Notes: a model not told the origin generated them from the letters alone. Shown: positions 20,253 to 29,916, numbered from the stretch's first letter. The stretch: 64,000 nt of DNA from Oceanispirochaeta sp. (GCA_963666275.2 CAXXOA010000003.1:96001-160000); one strand, 5' to 3'. Made by a program: numbers and translations.

Positions 20253-21206
20253 ATGAAAAGGATTCTAGTATTAGCGGTAATGATTGCTGTAACTGTTGCA
20301 GGACTGACCGCAAACGGTCAGGGCGATAAAGCCGGAGCCGGCGACTCATCAAAAGGAATGAAAGTTGGTTTGACAGTTCAGGATCTGAGCAATCAGGTTT
20401 GGGCGTCCAGAGCAAAAGCCCTTGATAAAGTCATAAAGGAAAACGGCGGAGAATTCACCTACCTGGGGTGTGATTCCAATGCTTCCAAACAGATCGGTCA
20501 GATTGAAAACCTGATAGCCAGCGGCATTGATATTCTGATGGTACACCCGGCAGATGACAATGCCATTGATGCGGCTCTGGCAAATGTTCCTGAGAATATC
20601 AAAGTGTTTGTCTATGATAGTGATCTGAAGAATGGGGATGTGCGCTTTCTCCTGGACAACTATGATGCAGGCTACATGATCGGAACCACCGCTGCCGAGT
20701 GGATCAATGAAAAACTTGATGGATCAGCAGAAGTTGCCGTCATCAACTGGCCCCAGCTCGAAATCCTCCTTGAACGGGAAAACGGGATCAAAGATGCTCT
20801 GGCAGAACTGTCTCCCAATGCCAGAATTGTCGCTTCGGCTCCTGCTCTCACCCCTTCAGAAGGTATGACAGTCACCGAGACAATGCTCCAGGCTCATCCT
20901 GAGGTTCAGGTCATCTGTTCCATTGGCGGCGGGGGAGCGGCCGGTGCGAACGAGGCGTTTAAAGCAGCCGGTATGCTGGATGATAAAATTGGTGTTTTTG
21001 CTTCTGATGCTACTGATCCTGAATTTGCCGCCATGGCTAACAATGAAGCCTGCCGCTCTTCTATCATGTACACGGGAACTCCCGAGCAGACAGCTGTTAT
21101 CATCTACGGATGGCTTGAGAAAATGTACAAAGGGGAACCTATCGATCCCAGAGTCTATCACACATTCATTCCTGTAAATCAGGGTAATTACAAAGAATAT
21201 ATGTAA
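20253..21206 (+). CDS. Sugar ABC transporter substrate-binding protein (RbsB-like)
   Basis: Signal peptide, 'QDLSNQVW', 'QIENLIASGID', 'DNYDAG', 'ERENG'. Confidence 0.9.
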   Translation: MKRILVLAVMIAVTVAGLTANGQGDKAGAGDSSKGMKVGLTVQDLSNQVWASRAKALDKVIKENGGEFTYLGCDSNASKQIGQIENLIASGIDILMVHPADDNAIDAALANVPENIKVFVYDSDLKNGDVRFLLDNYDAGYMIGTTAAEWINEKLDGSAEVAVINWPQLEILLERENGIKDALAELSPNARIVASAPALTPSEGMTVTETMLQAHPEVQVICSIGGGGAAGANEAFKAAGMLDDKIGVFASDATDPEFAAMANNEACRSSIMYTGTPEQTAVIIYGWLEKMYKGEPIDPRVYHTFIPVNQGNYKEYM

Positions 21207-21395
21207 TTAAAAATTATTATCTGAGGGATAATCACAGAAGAGATCCTGTTCGCTTTACCTTCGTTGATTTGCTGAACCGGCTGTTCAAGTCCTGGTGTAC
21301 AATCCGAGGCCGCTTCCGGGTGGTCCCGGTAAATCATCAGGTATTCTCTTCTGGATTATTCCCTTTTTTCTTTGATACTGAGGAGATCAGGAATC

Positions 21396-22922
21396 ATGTC
21401 AGAAACGATCACACCCTGCCTGCAGTTAAAGGATATTACAAAAATATATCCCGGGGTTATTGCCCTGGACAGGGTTTCATTTGAAGTTATGCCCGGAGAG
21501 ATTCATGCTCTGGTGGGTGAAAACGGAGCAGGGAAGTCAACTCTAATCAAGACCTGCTCCGGCGCGGAAATCCCCCATCAGGGGGAAATTATCGTCAATG
21601 GGAAAGAGTTTTCCTCCATGACTCCGAAACTGTCCGAGGAGAACGGTATTGCAGTCATCTATCAGGAGTTCAACCTGGTTGGTGAATTAAGCGTAGCAGA
21701 GAATATCTTCCTGGGAAGAGCCATCCGGAAGGGGATGGTTATAAATATGCCTGCTATGGTTTCAGAAGCGGAAAAAATATTCAAACAGCTTGAGATTAGT
21801 ATAGATCCCACGGGTCTTGTAAAAGACCTGACCGTGGGGTATCAGCAGATTGTGGAAATTGCCAAGGCAATCTCTTTAAAGGCGAAAATCCTGATTATGG
21901 ACGAGCCGACAGCTCCTCTGACAAAAGGAGAAACAGAACACCTTTTTGAAATGGTGGGGAAGCTGAAAAAAAACGGTGTGACAATCATCTATATTTCACA
22001 TCGTATGGATGAAATCTTTCGTCTTTCCGACAGGATAACGGTCCTCCGGGACGGAAAGAAAATATCCACTGTCAATGCGAAAAATACGAACCTTGATGAA
22101 CTTGTCAAACTGATGGTCGGGAGGGATCTTACGGAAACATTTCCGGTAAGGAAATCCTGTATTTCCGAAGAAGTCCTTCTGGAAGTGCAGGGGTTGAGCG
22201 GAAATGGGGTGAAAGACATCAGTTTTAAGGCCAGAAAAGGGGAAATCCTTGGATTTGCCGGTCTGGTAGGGGCTGGAAGAACAGAAACAGCAGAACTGCT
22301 CTTTGGAGCAAAACCAATAGAAAAAGGGAAAATCCTGTTTAAAGGAAAGGAATTCGTTCCCCTTTCTCCCAGGAATGCCATTGATAACGGGATAGCCCTG
22401 CTTCCGGAGGACAGGAAAAAACTGGGAGCCCTCCTGGATTTTGACATCAAGGAGAATATAAGCCTTTCCATTCTGCCGCGGATATCGAAACTCCTTGTGA
22501 TCAACCGTAAGAACGAAGCAGAAAAAGCGGAATACTATCGAAAGAGTATCAGGATCAAAACTCCTGATTTGTATGAAAAAGTCAAAAACCTCAGCGGGGG
22601 GAATCAGCAGAAGGTTATCATTGCCAAATGGCTGGCATCCGAACCGGATCTGGTCATCTTTGATGAACCTACCCGCGGCATCGATGTGGGGGCCAAGTAC
22701 GAAATCTACAAACTGATGAACGCCCTTGTCGAACAGGGGCAGACCATACTGATGATCTCCTCGGAAATGGAAGAGGTTATCGGTATGTCCGACAGAATCA
22801 TTGTTCTTTCTGAGGGTGTAAAAACCGGAGAACTGGATAAGTCGGAATTCAGCCAGGAAAAGATACTGAGCCTGGCCTCAATTGTTGCAGACGCTAGTCG
22901 GGAAGGAGAGACAGATCAATGA
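21396..22922 (+). CDS. Sugar ABC transporter ATP-binding protein (tandem NBD, RbsA/MglA type)
   Basis: 'GENGAGKST', 'MDEPT', 'LSGGNQQKV', 'DEPTRGIDVGAK'. Confidence 0.95.
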   Translation: MSETITPCLQLKDITKIYPGVIALDRVSFEVMPGEIHALVGENGAGKSTLIKTCSGAEIPHQGEIIVNGKEFSSMTPKLSEENGIAVIYQEFNLVGELSVAENIFLGRAIRKGMVINMPAMVSEAEKIFKQLEISIDPTGLVKDLTVGYQQIVEIAKAISLKAKILIMDEPTAPLTKGETEHLFEMVGKLKKNGVTIIYISHRMDEIFRLSDRITVLRDGKKISTVNAKNTNLDELVKLMVGRDLTETFPVRKSCISEEVLLEVQGLSGNGVKDISFKARKGEILGFAGLVGAGRTETAELLFGAKPIEKGKILFKGKEFVPLSPRNAIDNGIALLPEDRKKLGALLDFDIKENISLSILPRISKLLVINRKNEAEKAEYYRKSIRIKTPDLYEKVKNLSGGNQQKVIIAKWLASEPDLVIFDEPTRGIDVGAKYEIYKLMNALVEQGQTILMISSEMEEVIGMSDRIIVLSEGVKTGELDKSEFSQEKILSLASIVADASREGETDQ

Positions 22923-23878
22923 AGGATCTAACAAATCAATTGAAGAAATATGGAATCTATATGGTGTTTCTGGTGCTGGTTGTATTTTTTTCTATCGCAT
23001 CACCTACATTTTTAAAAACAGCCAACCTTCTGAATGTGGCCAGGCAGATTTCCATGATGGGAATTGCCGCTGTGGGGTTTGCTTTTACTTTGCTTCTGGG
23101 GGGAATTGACCTCTCCATCGGTTCCATGGTGACTCTGGTGAACATCGTTACCGCATGGCTGATGGTCAATGCCGGAGTGAATCCCGCCCTGGCCTGTCTG
23201 ATTGCAATCATGATGAGTTCCGGGATCGGGTTTTTCAACGGATGGGTCATTGCCAATATCAAAATCCCGCCCATTATAGTTACTCTGAGTATGATGATCA
23301 TCATCGAGGGGGTGGCATCCATGATCTGCGGAGGTCTTCCCATCTTCGGATTTCCCCAGTCTTTTACAGTTATAGGACAGGGCTATGTCGGTCCGATTCC
23401 AATTCCTGTGATCATCATGATTGTCATTCTGGCGCTGGGGGCATTCATCCTGAATAAAACCTATATCGGCCGGTATTTCTATGCGGTGGGGGGAAATGAG
23501 GAAGCATCCAATCTGTCGGGGATTAACGTTCTTCATGTGAAGTATCTTGTGTATTCCCTTTCTGGTTTTTTCGCCGGTATTGCCGGTATTGTCATGCTCT
23601 CACGGACCAACTCCGGACAGGTCCTTTCCGGAAAGGGATTTGAGTTTGAAGTCCTTACAGCCTGTGTGCTGGGAGGCGTCAGCGTGGTCGGAGGAGTGGG
23701 AAGGATCTCCAATATTGTGGCCGGCCTTCTGATCCTGGGGGTTCTCAGTAACGGCCTGATCCTGCTGAATGTAAGCCAGTTTGCCCAGATGGTTGTAAAG
23801 GGAAGTGTTCTTCTCCTGGCTGTGGCTTTCGACAGTATCCAGAGAAACAGAACTGTAGTCACAATCAAAGAAGCCTGA
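22919..23878 (+). CDS. Sugar ABC transporter permease (RbsC type)
   Basis: 'GGIDLSIGS', 'GRYFYAVGGNEEASNLSGI', 'ACVLGGVS'. Confidence 0.95.
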   Translation: MKDLTNQLKKYGIYMVFLVLVVFFSIASPTFLKTANLLNVARQISMMGIAAVGFAFTLLLGGIDLSIGSMVTLVNIVTAWLMVNAGVNPALACLIAIMMSSGIGFFNGWVIANIKIPPIIVTLSMMIIIEGVASMICGGLPIFGFPQSFTVIGQGYVGPIPIPVIIMIVILALGAFILNKTYIGRYFYAVGGNEEASNLSGINVLHVKYLVYSLSGFFAGIAGIVMLSRTNSGQVLSGKGFEFEVLTACVLGGVSVVGGVGRISNIVAGLLILGVLSNGLILLNVSQFAQMVVKGSVLLLAVAFDSIQRNRTVVTIKEA

Positions 23879-23895
23879 GACGTTAAGGAGTACGA

Positions 23896-25365
23896 ATGAA
23901 TTCACTTAAACCGGCGGTCCCGAACCTGGGGAAGATCGACGGGAGGGTAGAAGTCCCCTCCTATTCCCTGGCCTCACCGGACCGCTCCATACTGCATCTG
24001 GGAGTGGGGAATTTCCACCGATCCCACCAGGCCTATTATCTTCACAGGCTTCTGCAGCTCCAGGACAGTTCCTGGAGGATCTGCGGCGCCGGGCTTATGC
24101 CCCAGGACCTGGTGATGAAAGAGGCCCTGGAGGACCAGGATTACCTCTACACCCTTGTCACCCAGGAGTCGGGCAGGGAAGACGCCTGCCTCATCGGTTC
24201 ACTGAGAGATTACATCCACATTCCCACGGAATTCGAACGGTTTCTCCAGACCTGCAGCGACGGGGATCTGAAGATCCTTTCGCTGACCATTACGGAAAAA
24301 GGGTACTGTTTTGACAATGACATGAATCTGGACAGGGAGAACCCCGGGATCAGGCATGATCTGACCAGGGCAGAGACCCCCCCCGTCACAGCAGTCGGAG
24401 TTCTGGCCTATGCCCTGAAGAAGAGGTTGGCTGCAGGAGGGGCTCCGCTGACTCTGCTTTCCTGTGACAACATTCCCGAAAACGGATCTGTACTGAAACG
24501 GATCCTTTTTCAGTATGCGGAACTTCTGGAAGATTCCGACCTTCTGGGGTACCTGAAAAACTCCGTTACCTTTCCCTGTACCATGGTGGACAGGATTACT
24601 CCGAATACCTCTGAGGAGAAGATCACCTATCTTCAGGAGCAGTACGGGATACTGGACCGGGTTCCCGTATTTGCAGAGCAGTTTATCCAGTGGGTTATTG
24701 AGGACCGCTTCATTGCGGGCCGCCCGGAATGGGAAAAAGTGGATGCCGCCTTTGTCGAGGATGTGAAACCCTATGAACTTATGAAAATCCGGCTTCTCAA
24801 CGGGGGCCACTCCGCCATGTCCTATCTGTCTCTGCTCTCTGGGTACAACTTTGTTGATGAAGCCATGGATGACAGGAGGATAAAGCTGTTCCTCAGAGGG
24901 TATATGGGAGAGCTCAAACAGACTCTGACCCGGATCCCCGGTATGGATTTCGAAACGTATATTGAAACTCTGCTTGAGAGGTTCGCCAACCCGGCGGTCA
25001 GGGACAGGCTGCTGAGACTGGCAGAGGACGGATCAACAAAGATTCTGAACAGTATGATGACTCCTCTGGAAATTCTTCTTGAAAGGGGAGAGGGGGCCCG
25101 GTATATCACAGCCGCTCTGGCGGGATGGATCTGCTATCTGCATCTCTCTCTGGAAAACAGGGAGTCCGTGGTCAATGATCCTATCAGGGACAAACTCAGG
25201 GAGGCTGCGGCAGATCCGGTCAATAATATTCAGGATTTCCTGGCAATCCGGGAAGTCTTTCCTGCTAAGATCGCGGAAAACAGAGAGTTTGCCGAAGGGC
25301 TGCAATTCACAGTTGAACGGATCCTGAAGGAAGGGGTCCGGGAGGTTCTGAAAGACTACAACTGA
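23896..25365 (+). CDS. Mannitol dehydrogenase family protein (polyol dehydrogenase / uronate reductase)
   Basis: 'LHLGVGNFHRSHQA', 'SLTITEKGY', 'SCDN', 'FPCTMVDRITP', 'KIRLLNGGH'. Confidence 0.93.
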   Translation: MNSLKPAVPNLGKIDGRVEVPSYSLASPDRSILHLGVGNFHRSHQAYYLHRLLQLQDSSWRICGAGLMPQDLVMKEALEDQDYLYTLVTQESGREDACLIGSLRDYIHIPTEFERFLQTCSDGDLKILSLTITEKGYCFDNDMNLDRENPGIRHDLTRAETPPVTAVGVLAYALKKRLAAGGAPLTLLSCDNIPENGSVLKRILFQYAELLEDSDLLGYLKNSVTFPCTMVDRITPNTSEEKITYLQEQYGILDRVPVFAEQFIQWVIEDRFIAGRPEWEKVDAAFVEDVKPYELMKIRLLNGGHSAMSYLSLLSGYNFVDEAMDDRRIKLFLRGYMGELKQTLTRIPGMDFETYIETLLERFANPAVRDRLLRLAEDGSTKILNSMMTPLEILLERGEGARYITAALAGWICYLHLSLENRESVVNDPIRDKLREAAADPVNNIQDFLAIREVFPAKIAENREFAEGLQFTVERILKEGVREVLKDYN

Positions 25366-25386
25366 GAGAGCAGACCGGCGGAGCCT

Positions 25387-25704
25387 CTAGAGCCCCAGGT
25401 TTTTCCGGCGGTTGGAGAGGACTGTTCCCTCCGCACAGGCTGCCAGTTCCAGAACACAGGGGGCCGTCAGGGTGTATTCCACCCGGGTCCCCTCTTTTTT
25501 GTCACTCACAAGACCCGCTTCCTTCAGCTGGCTCAGATGCTTGGAGGCGGCAGATTTGGGGATTCCCGCTTCCGCTGCCAGTTCACATACACACCAGGGC
25601 TGGGTTTTCAGCTTCTCCAGAAAGTAAATTCTGATAGGGTGGGACAGGGCTTTGAACATATGGGCCCTTCTTTCGCATCTTGTCTGGTCTTCCTGATTTA
25701 TCAT
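25387..25704 (-). CDS. ArsR/SmtB family transcriptional regulator
   Basis: 'FKALSHPIRI', 'CVCELA', 'SKHLSQLKEAGLV'. Confidence 0.92.
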   Translation of the reverse strand: MINQEDQTRCERRAHMFKALSHPIRIYFLEKLKTQPWCVCELAAEAGIPKSAASKHLSQLKEAGLVSDKKEGTRVEYTLTAPCVLELAACAEGTVLSNRRKNLGL

Positions 25705-25715
25705 GATCCTTTATT

Positions 25716-25786
25716 AGTTTCATTTTTGGGAAACTTTGTCAATCTGATGAGTTGACCCTGTATTCAAAGTTTCGTAAAATCGAAAC
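25716..25786. promoter_or_regulatory. Two GTTTC-N8-GAAAC operators plus promoter between arsR and the thioredoxin-like gene
   Basis: AGTTTC-ATTTTTGG-GAAACT (25716-25735) and GTTTCG-TAAAAT-CGAAAC (25769-25786). The latter encloses the -10 of TTGACC-N17-TAAAAT. Confidence 0.7.
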
Positions 25787-25813
25787 AAAGAAACATTGTA
25801 AAGGACTTTTAAA

Positions 25814-26053
25814 ATGAATGTACAGATATTGGGTATGGGATGCCCTAAATGCAACTCTCTGGAATCCAATGCAGCCCAGGCTGTATCCGAGCTGGGACTG
25901 GATGCTGAAATTGTTAAGATAGCTGATATGCAGGAGATTATGAAAATGGGTGTTATGATGACTCCAGCTCTTGCCGTTGATGATGTTGTAAAGGCCAAAG
26001 GGAAACTCCTGACAGTGGAAGAGATTAAAACAATCCTGAAGGATGTCGGCTGA
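25814..26053 (+). CDS. Small redox-active thioredoxin-like protein (MTH895 / Thioredoxin_3 type)
   Basis: 'ILGMGCPKC', 'GVMMTPALAVD'. Confidence 0.9.
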   Translation: MNVQILGMGCPKCNSLESNAAQAVSELGLDAEIVKIADMQEIMKMGVMMTPALAVDDVVKAKGKLLTVEEIKTILKDVG

Positions 26054-26238
26054 TCCGGCCGGGGGGTTCCCTATAGACCTTTAAGCCGGCCCTTCCCGGC
26101 CGGCCTGTTCCTTTCCTCTCGTTTAATTCCTTTACTCAGGGTACCAAAATGTACTTAAACTCTTCTGTTTCTACTGAAATGTAGTCGTTTTGTTCTTTTA
26201 CGGCAATAAAAAGAGGGTAAAAGCCCCTTTTTCCTATC

Positions 26239-26254
26239 TGGCACAGTCCTTGCC
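26239..26254 (+). promoter_or_regulatory. Sigma-54 promoter for the EAL-domain gene
   Basis: TGGCAC-AGTCC-TTGCC (GG-N10-GC). Confidence 0.75.
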
Positions 26255-26270
26255 ATAATAGTTCTTTCCT

Positions 26271-27503
26271 ATGATTAAAGAATTGTCCCTATTACAAAAA
26301 GAAAATTTAAAAATGTCTCAGGTTCCCATGATTACAACCTATTTCCAGCCCATTGTGTCTATTAAAGATCAGAGGATCGTCGCTTTTGAGGCGTTAAGCC
26401 GTTTCAGGAAGGAAGCCTCAGCCCCCCTGAAATCCGTCCAGTCCCTGATTGATCAGTGTTCCAGTGATCAGGAACTGCTCTCCCTTGACTGGAGGATGAT
26501 CTCCAGTGCTGTTGAAGGGTTCAGCAGCCTGTCTGTGGAGTCCCATACCCTTCTGTTTATCAATGTGAGTGCTCCGGTTGTGAACGGCGGGGGCGAATCG
26601 GTTGCAGCTCTGCTGGAAAAACTGAACCGGAAGGGGATCTCTCCCAAACGGGTGGTCCTTGAGATTCTGGAAAACGGCCTGAAGATGGATGAAAAGGACT
26701 GGGAATTTTTTCTCAGCTGCCGGAATGCGGGTATCCTGCTGGCTCTTGATGATATCGGGGTGGGATTTTCCAATCTGGAGCGGATTGCACTTATCAAACC
26801 CGACATTATAAAACTCGACCGTTCCCTGGTTCAGCAGGTTCATCAGAATTTCCACAAAAAGAAGGTCTTTGAATCCCTTGTAAAACTGGCCGGTGTTATC
26901 GGTGCCATCCCCCTGGCAGAGGGCGTGGAAAACCTGGAAGACTCCCTGGCGGCTCTGGAATCGGGCGCCACCCTTCTGCAGGGATACTATTTCTGCCGGC
27001 CCCAGGCTGATCTGGACACCATAGAAATGATCTGCTCCGATAAGATCCTGAACTGCCGGGACTCTCTGAAAAATGAACTGACTCAGAAAAAACAGCATTT
27101 CCGCAGGCGGCTGCAGGTCTTTGAAAAAGCTGTGGAGATGATATGCAATGAGCTGATCTGTCATGACAGAGATCAGTTCGAGGGGGTAATGGAAGAGTTT
27201 ATCCATGCCTGTGAGGGCATAGAATGCCTCTATATTCTGAACCGCGACGGGATTCAGGTGACCGATACAGTGACTGTTTTTCAGGACTATCTTGAAAAGC
27301 ACTATCTGTTCCAGCCTGCCATCAAAGGGGCGGATCACTCACTGAAAATGTACTTTTTTGATCCCCGGGGGCATCAGCAGCTTCAGGTCTCAGAACCCTA
27401 TATCTCCCAGGCATCCGGATCATCCTGTTTTACTATTTCCAAAGCCTTCAAAAAGAACGGGTTTGACTATCTTCTCTGCGCCGACTTTCCGGCTCAAAGC
27501 TGA
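26271..27503 (+). CDS. EAL phosphodiesterase with C-terminal YkuI-like sensor domain (start may be 26313)
   Basis: 'YFQPIV', 'FEALSR', 'ALDDIGVGFSNL', 'IKLDRSL', 'AEGVE', 'QGYYF', C-terminal 'GADHSLKMYF...SEPYIS'. Confidence 0.88.
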   Translation: MIKELSLLQKENLKMSQVPMITTYFQPIVSIKDQRIVAFEALSRFRKEASAPLKSVQSLIDQCSSDQELLSLDWRMISSAVEGFSSLSVESHTLLFINVSAPVVNGGGESVAALLEKLNRKGISPKRVVLEILENGLKMDEKDWEFFLSCRNAGILLALDDIGVGFSNLERIALIKPDIIKLDRSLVQQVHQNFHKKKVFESLVKLAGVIGAIPLAEGVENLEDSLAALESGATLLQGYYFCRPQADLDTIEMICSDKILNCRDSLKNELTQKKQHFRRRLQVFEKAVEMICNELICHDRDQFEGVMEEFIHACEGIECLYILNRDGIQVTDTVTVFQDYLEKHYLFQPAIKGADHSLKMYFFDPRGHQQLQVSEPYISQASGSSCFTISKAFKKNGFDYLLCADFPAQS

Positions 27504-28864
27504 TCCGGGCCTTCGGGATTCTTCTTAACATAGGTTTCGGAAATCTCTCTGAAGAGAGGGGCAATTCTGGTAAAGGCTCTGACAATCTCAGGATCGAATT
27601 TTTTCCCATCCCCCTCCTGGATGATTTCCTCTGCTTTCTGGCAGGAGAAAGCTTCTTTATAGGGCCTTGCGGTTCTCAGGGCATCGTAGACATCGGCAAG
27701 AGCCATAATCCTGGCTGACAGGGGAATCTGCTCCCCCGACAGCCCATGGGGATATCCCGAGCCGTCCCAGTTCTCATGATGATTCAGAGCAATTTCGTAT
27801 CCCAGATTCAGATAGGACTGAAAATCCAGGGCATCCATGGCCTCCTTGAGGACATGAGCTCCGAACACAGGGTGCTTTTTAATCGTTTCAAACTCCTCCG
27901 GACTCAGTTTGCCGGGTTTGAGCAGAATCCTGTCAGGGATGCCCACTTTACCAATATCATGCAGGGGGGCCGACTGAACCAGGTCCTCAATATACCGGGG
28001 GGTCAGGTATTTCCTGTATCTCCGTTTTTTCCGGAGTTCTTCCGCAAGCAGGCGGCAGTACTCGCTGGTTCTTTCTATGTGATCTCCCGTCTCGTTATCC
28101 CGCAGTTCCGAAAGAAGAGACATGGCACGGATTGTGACAGACTGGCTTTTTTTCAGATGGCTGAGAGTTCTGTTCTGGGTCTGATAGGACCGGAAGAAGA
28201 GGAAAAAGAGCAGGGTATAGAGGGCGAATCCCCCTGTACTTATAATCCGGATAATCCGGAGGATATTCTGACGGATATCCGAATAAAGGTCATTATCCTC
28301 TACAGATATTTCAAAAATAAGCTGAATTTCCTTTTCTGAAGTGAAAGGAATGAAATAGTCAAAAAACTCCTCCTGAGACCAGGTCTGTCCTCTACTTCCG
28401 GCTCCCTCCCTGATAATACTCTGAATGATTGCCATCCTGTTCTGTTCCAGTTCTTCCCTGTGGCCTGAATCCTTCAGGGCTAGTCCTGTCAGGAACTCCC
28501 CGCTGCCGGAATAGACATTAATCCTTTGTATATGGGGGAGAAGAAAAAGGTCTGTTGTGAAATGAGCCCAGTCATGATCTGCTTCCACTTCGTGATCCCC
28601 CTCATTTTCGCTATGCATTTCTGCAGGAGTATCAGGATGGGGATCATCCAGAATATTCTCAATCATATGGGGATAATTCTCTGGAATGGAATTGATCATG
28701 GATCTGTATATGGAAGCATTGGTTTCCACAGAGCTGTTCATGGAATCCCGGGTTAAGCGGTTTATGAGGATCAGGCTGACCGAAAGGGTCGCAATCAATG
28801 AAATGACTGTGTACTGGATAATTAAATTATTAAAAAATCCTCTGATTTTCAACGTTGTACTCAA
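27494..28864 (-). CDS. Membrane-anchored HD-GYP c-di-GMP phosphodiesterase
   Basis: Two TM segments, 'RDNETGDHIER', 'LHDIGK', 'HHENWDGSGYP', 'LADVYDAL', 'RPYK'. Confidence 0.92.
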   Translation of the reverse strand: MSTTLKIRGFFNNLIIQYTVISLIATLSVSLILINRLTRDSMNSSVETNASIYRSMINSIPENYPHMIENILDDPHPDTPAEMHSENEGDHEVEADHDWAHFTTDLFLLPHIQRINVYSGSGEFLTGLALKDSGHREELEQNRMAIIQSIIREGAGSRGQTWSQEEFFDYFIPFTSEKEIQLIFEISVEDNDLYSDIRQNILRIIRIISTGGFALYTLLFFLFFRSYQTQNRTLSHLKKSQSVTIRAMSLLSELRDNETGDHIERTSEYCRLLAEELRKKRRYRKYLTPRYIEDLVQSAPLHDIGKVGIPDRILLKPGKLSPEEFETIKKHPVFGAHVLKEAMDALDFQSYLNLGYEIALNHHENWDGSGYPHGLSGEQIPLSARIMALADVYDALRTARPYKEAFSCQKAEEIIQEGDGKKFDPEIVRAFTRIAPLFREISETYVKKNPEGPDQL

Positions 28865-28917
28865 AGTGCCTTTCCTGCTACAAATTTAAGACATTCTGAA
28901 TAAAAAACCAGCCCTTA

Positions 28918-29916
28918 TCAAGATCCAGTGGCAAGAACCAGGTTCTCACAGCTGCCTGTCTTTTCAATATCCATCAGGTTTCTGAAGGTAGTCTCCCTGA
29001 TATTGGCCAGGGCTTCCCGTGTAAAAAAGGCCTGGTGAGCAGTTATCAGAACATTGGGAAAGGTCTGAAGCCTCACAAAGGTATCGTCATGAATGACTTT
29101 ATCCGAGTGATCTTCAAAGAAGAGCTCCTCTTCCTCCTCGTAGACATCTAGCCCTACATATCCGATTTTACCGGTTTTCAAACCTTTGATAATGGCTGCC
29201 GTTTCTATCAGGGGCCCTCTGCTTGTGTTTATAATCATAACTCCGTCTTTCATACTTTTCAGAGCATAGCTGTTGATCAGATGGTAGGTTTCCTGAGTGA
29301 GAGGGCAGTGGAGGGATATGATATCGCTTTGGCGGTACAGATCTTCCAGTTCCACATATTCCACTCCCCGGGATTTTAAATCATCGGAGGGGTATTTATC
29401 ATAGGCCAGAATTTTCATACCTAAACCTGAAATGGTCTCAATAAAAATCTGACCGATTCTTCCCGTTCCGATGACTCCGATGGTTTTTCCTCTCATGTCA
29501 AATCCCATGAGACCGTCCAGAGCAAAATTGCCGTCTCTCACACGGCTGTGGGCTCTATGGTATTTTCTGTTCAGACTCAGGATCAGTCCCAGGGCATGTT
29601 CGGCCACCGCATAGGGGGAATAGGCGGGAACCCGGCAGACAGTTATTTCCTTTTCGGCCGCCGCATGAAGGTCTACGTTGTTGTATCCCGCGCAGCGGAG
29701 AGCTATGGCCTTTACTCCCATCATAGACAGGGCTCCGATGACCTGACTGTTCACCGAGTCGTTGACAAAAACACATACCGCATCGTATCCGTCTGCAAGC
29801 TTTACCGTATTCTCATTGAGTGTGGATTCAAAAAAAGTCAGTTGCAAGGAAGAGGGAATTTTTTCGGAAAAACTGTCTCTCACCCATTTCTTCGTACTGA
29901 AAACAGCTACTTTCAC
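28918..29916 (-). CDS. ldhA: D-lactate dehydrogenase (D-2-hydroxyacid dehydrogenase)
   Basis: 'CVFVND', 'LRCAGYNNVD', 'VPAYSPYAVAEH', 'GTGRIG', 'NTSRG', 'TAHQAFFT'. GTG start with GAGGAG RBS. Confidence 0.9.
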   Translation of the reverse strand: MKVAVFSTKKWVRDSFSEKIPSSLQLTFFESTLNENTVKLADGYDAVCVFVNDSVNSQVIGALSMMGVKAIALRCAGYNNVDLHAAAEKEITVCRVPAYSPYAVAEHALGLILSLNRKYHRAHSRVRDGNFALDGLMGFDMRGKTIGVIGTGRIGQIFIETISGLGMKILAYDKYPSDDLKSRGVEYVELEDLYRQSDIISLHCPLTQETYHLINSYALKSMKDGVMIINTSRGPLIETAAIIKGLKTGKIGYVGLDVYEEEEELFFEDHSDKVIHDDTFVRLQTFPNVLITAHQAFFTREALANIRETTFRNLMDIEKTGSCENLVLATGS

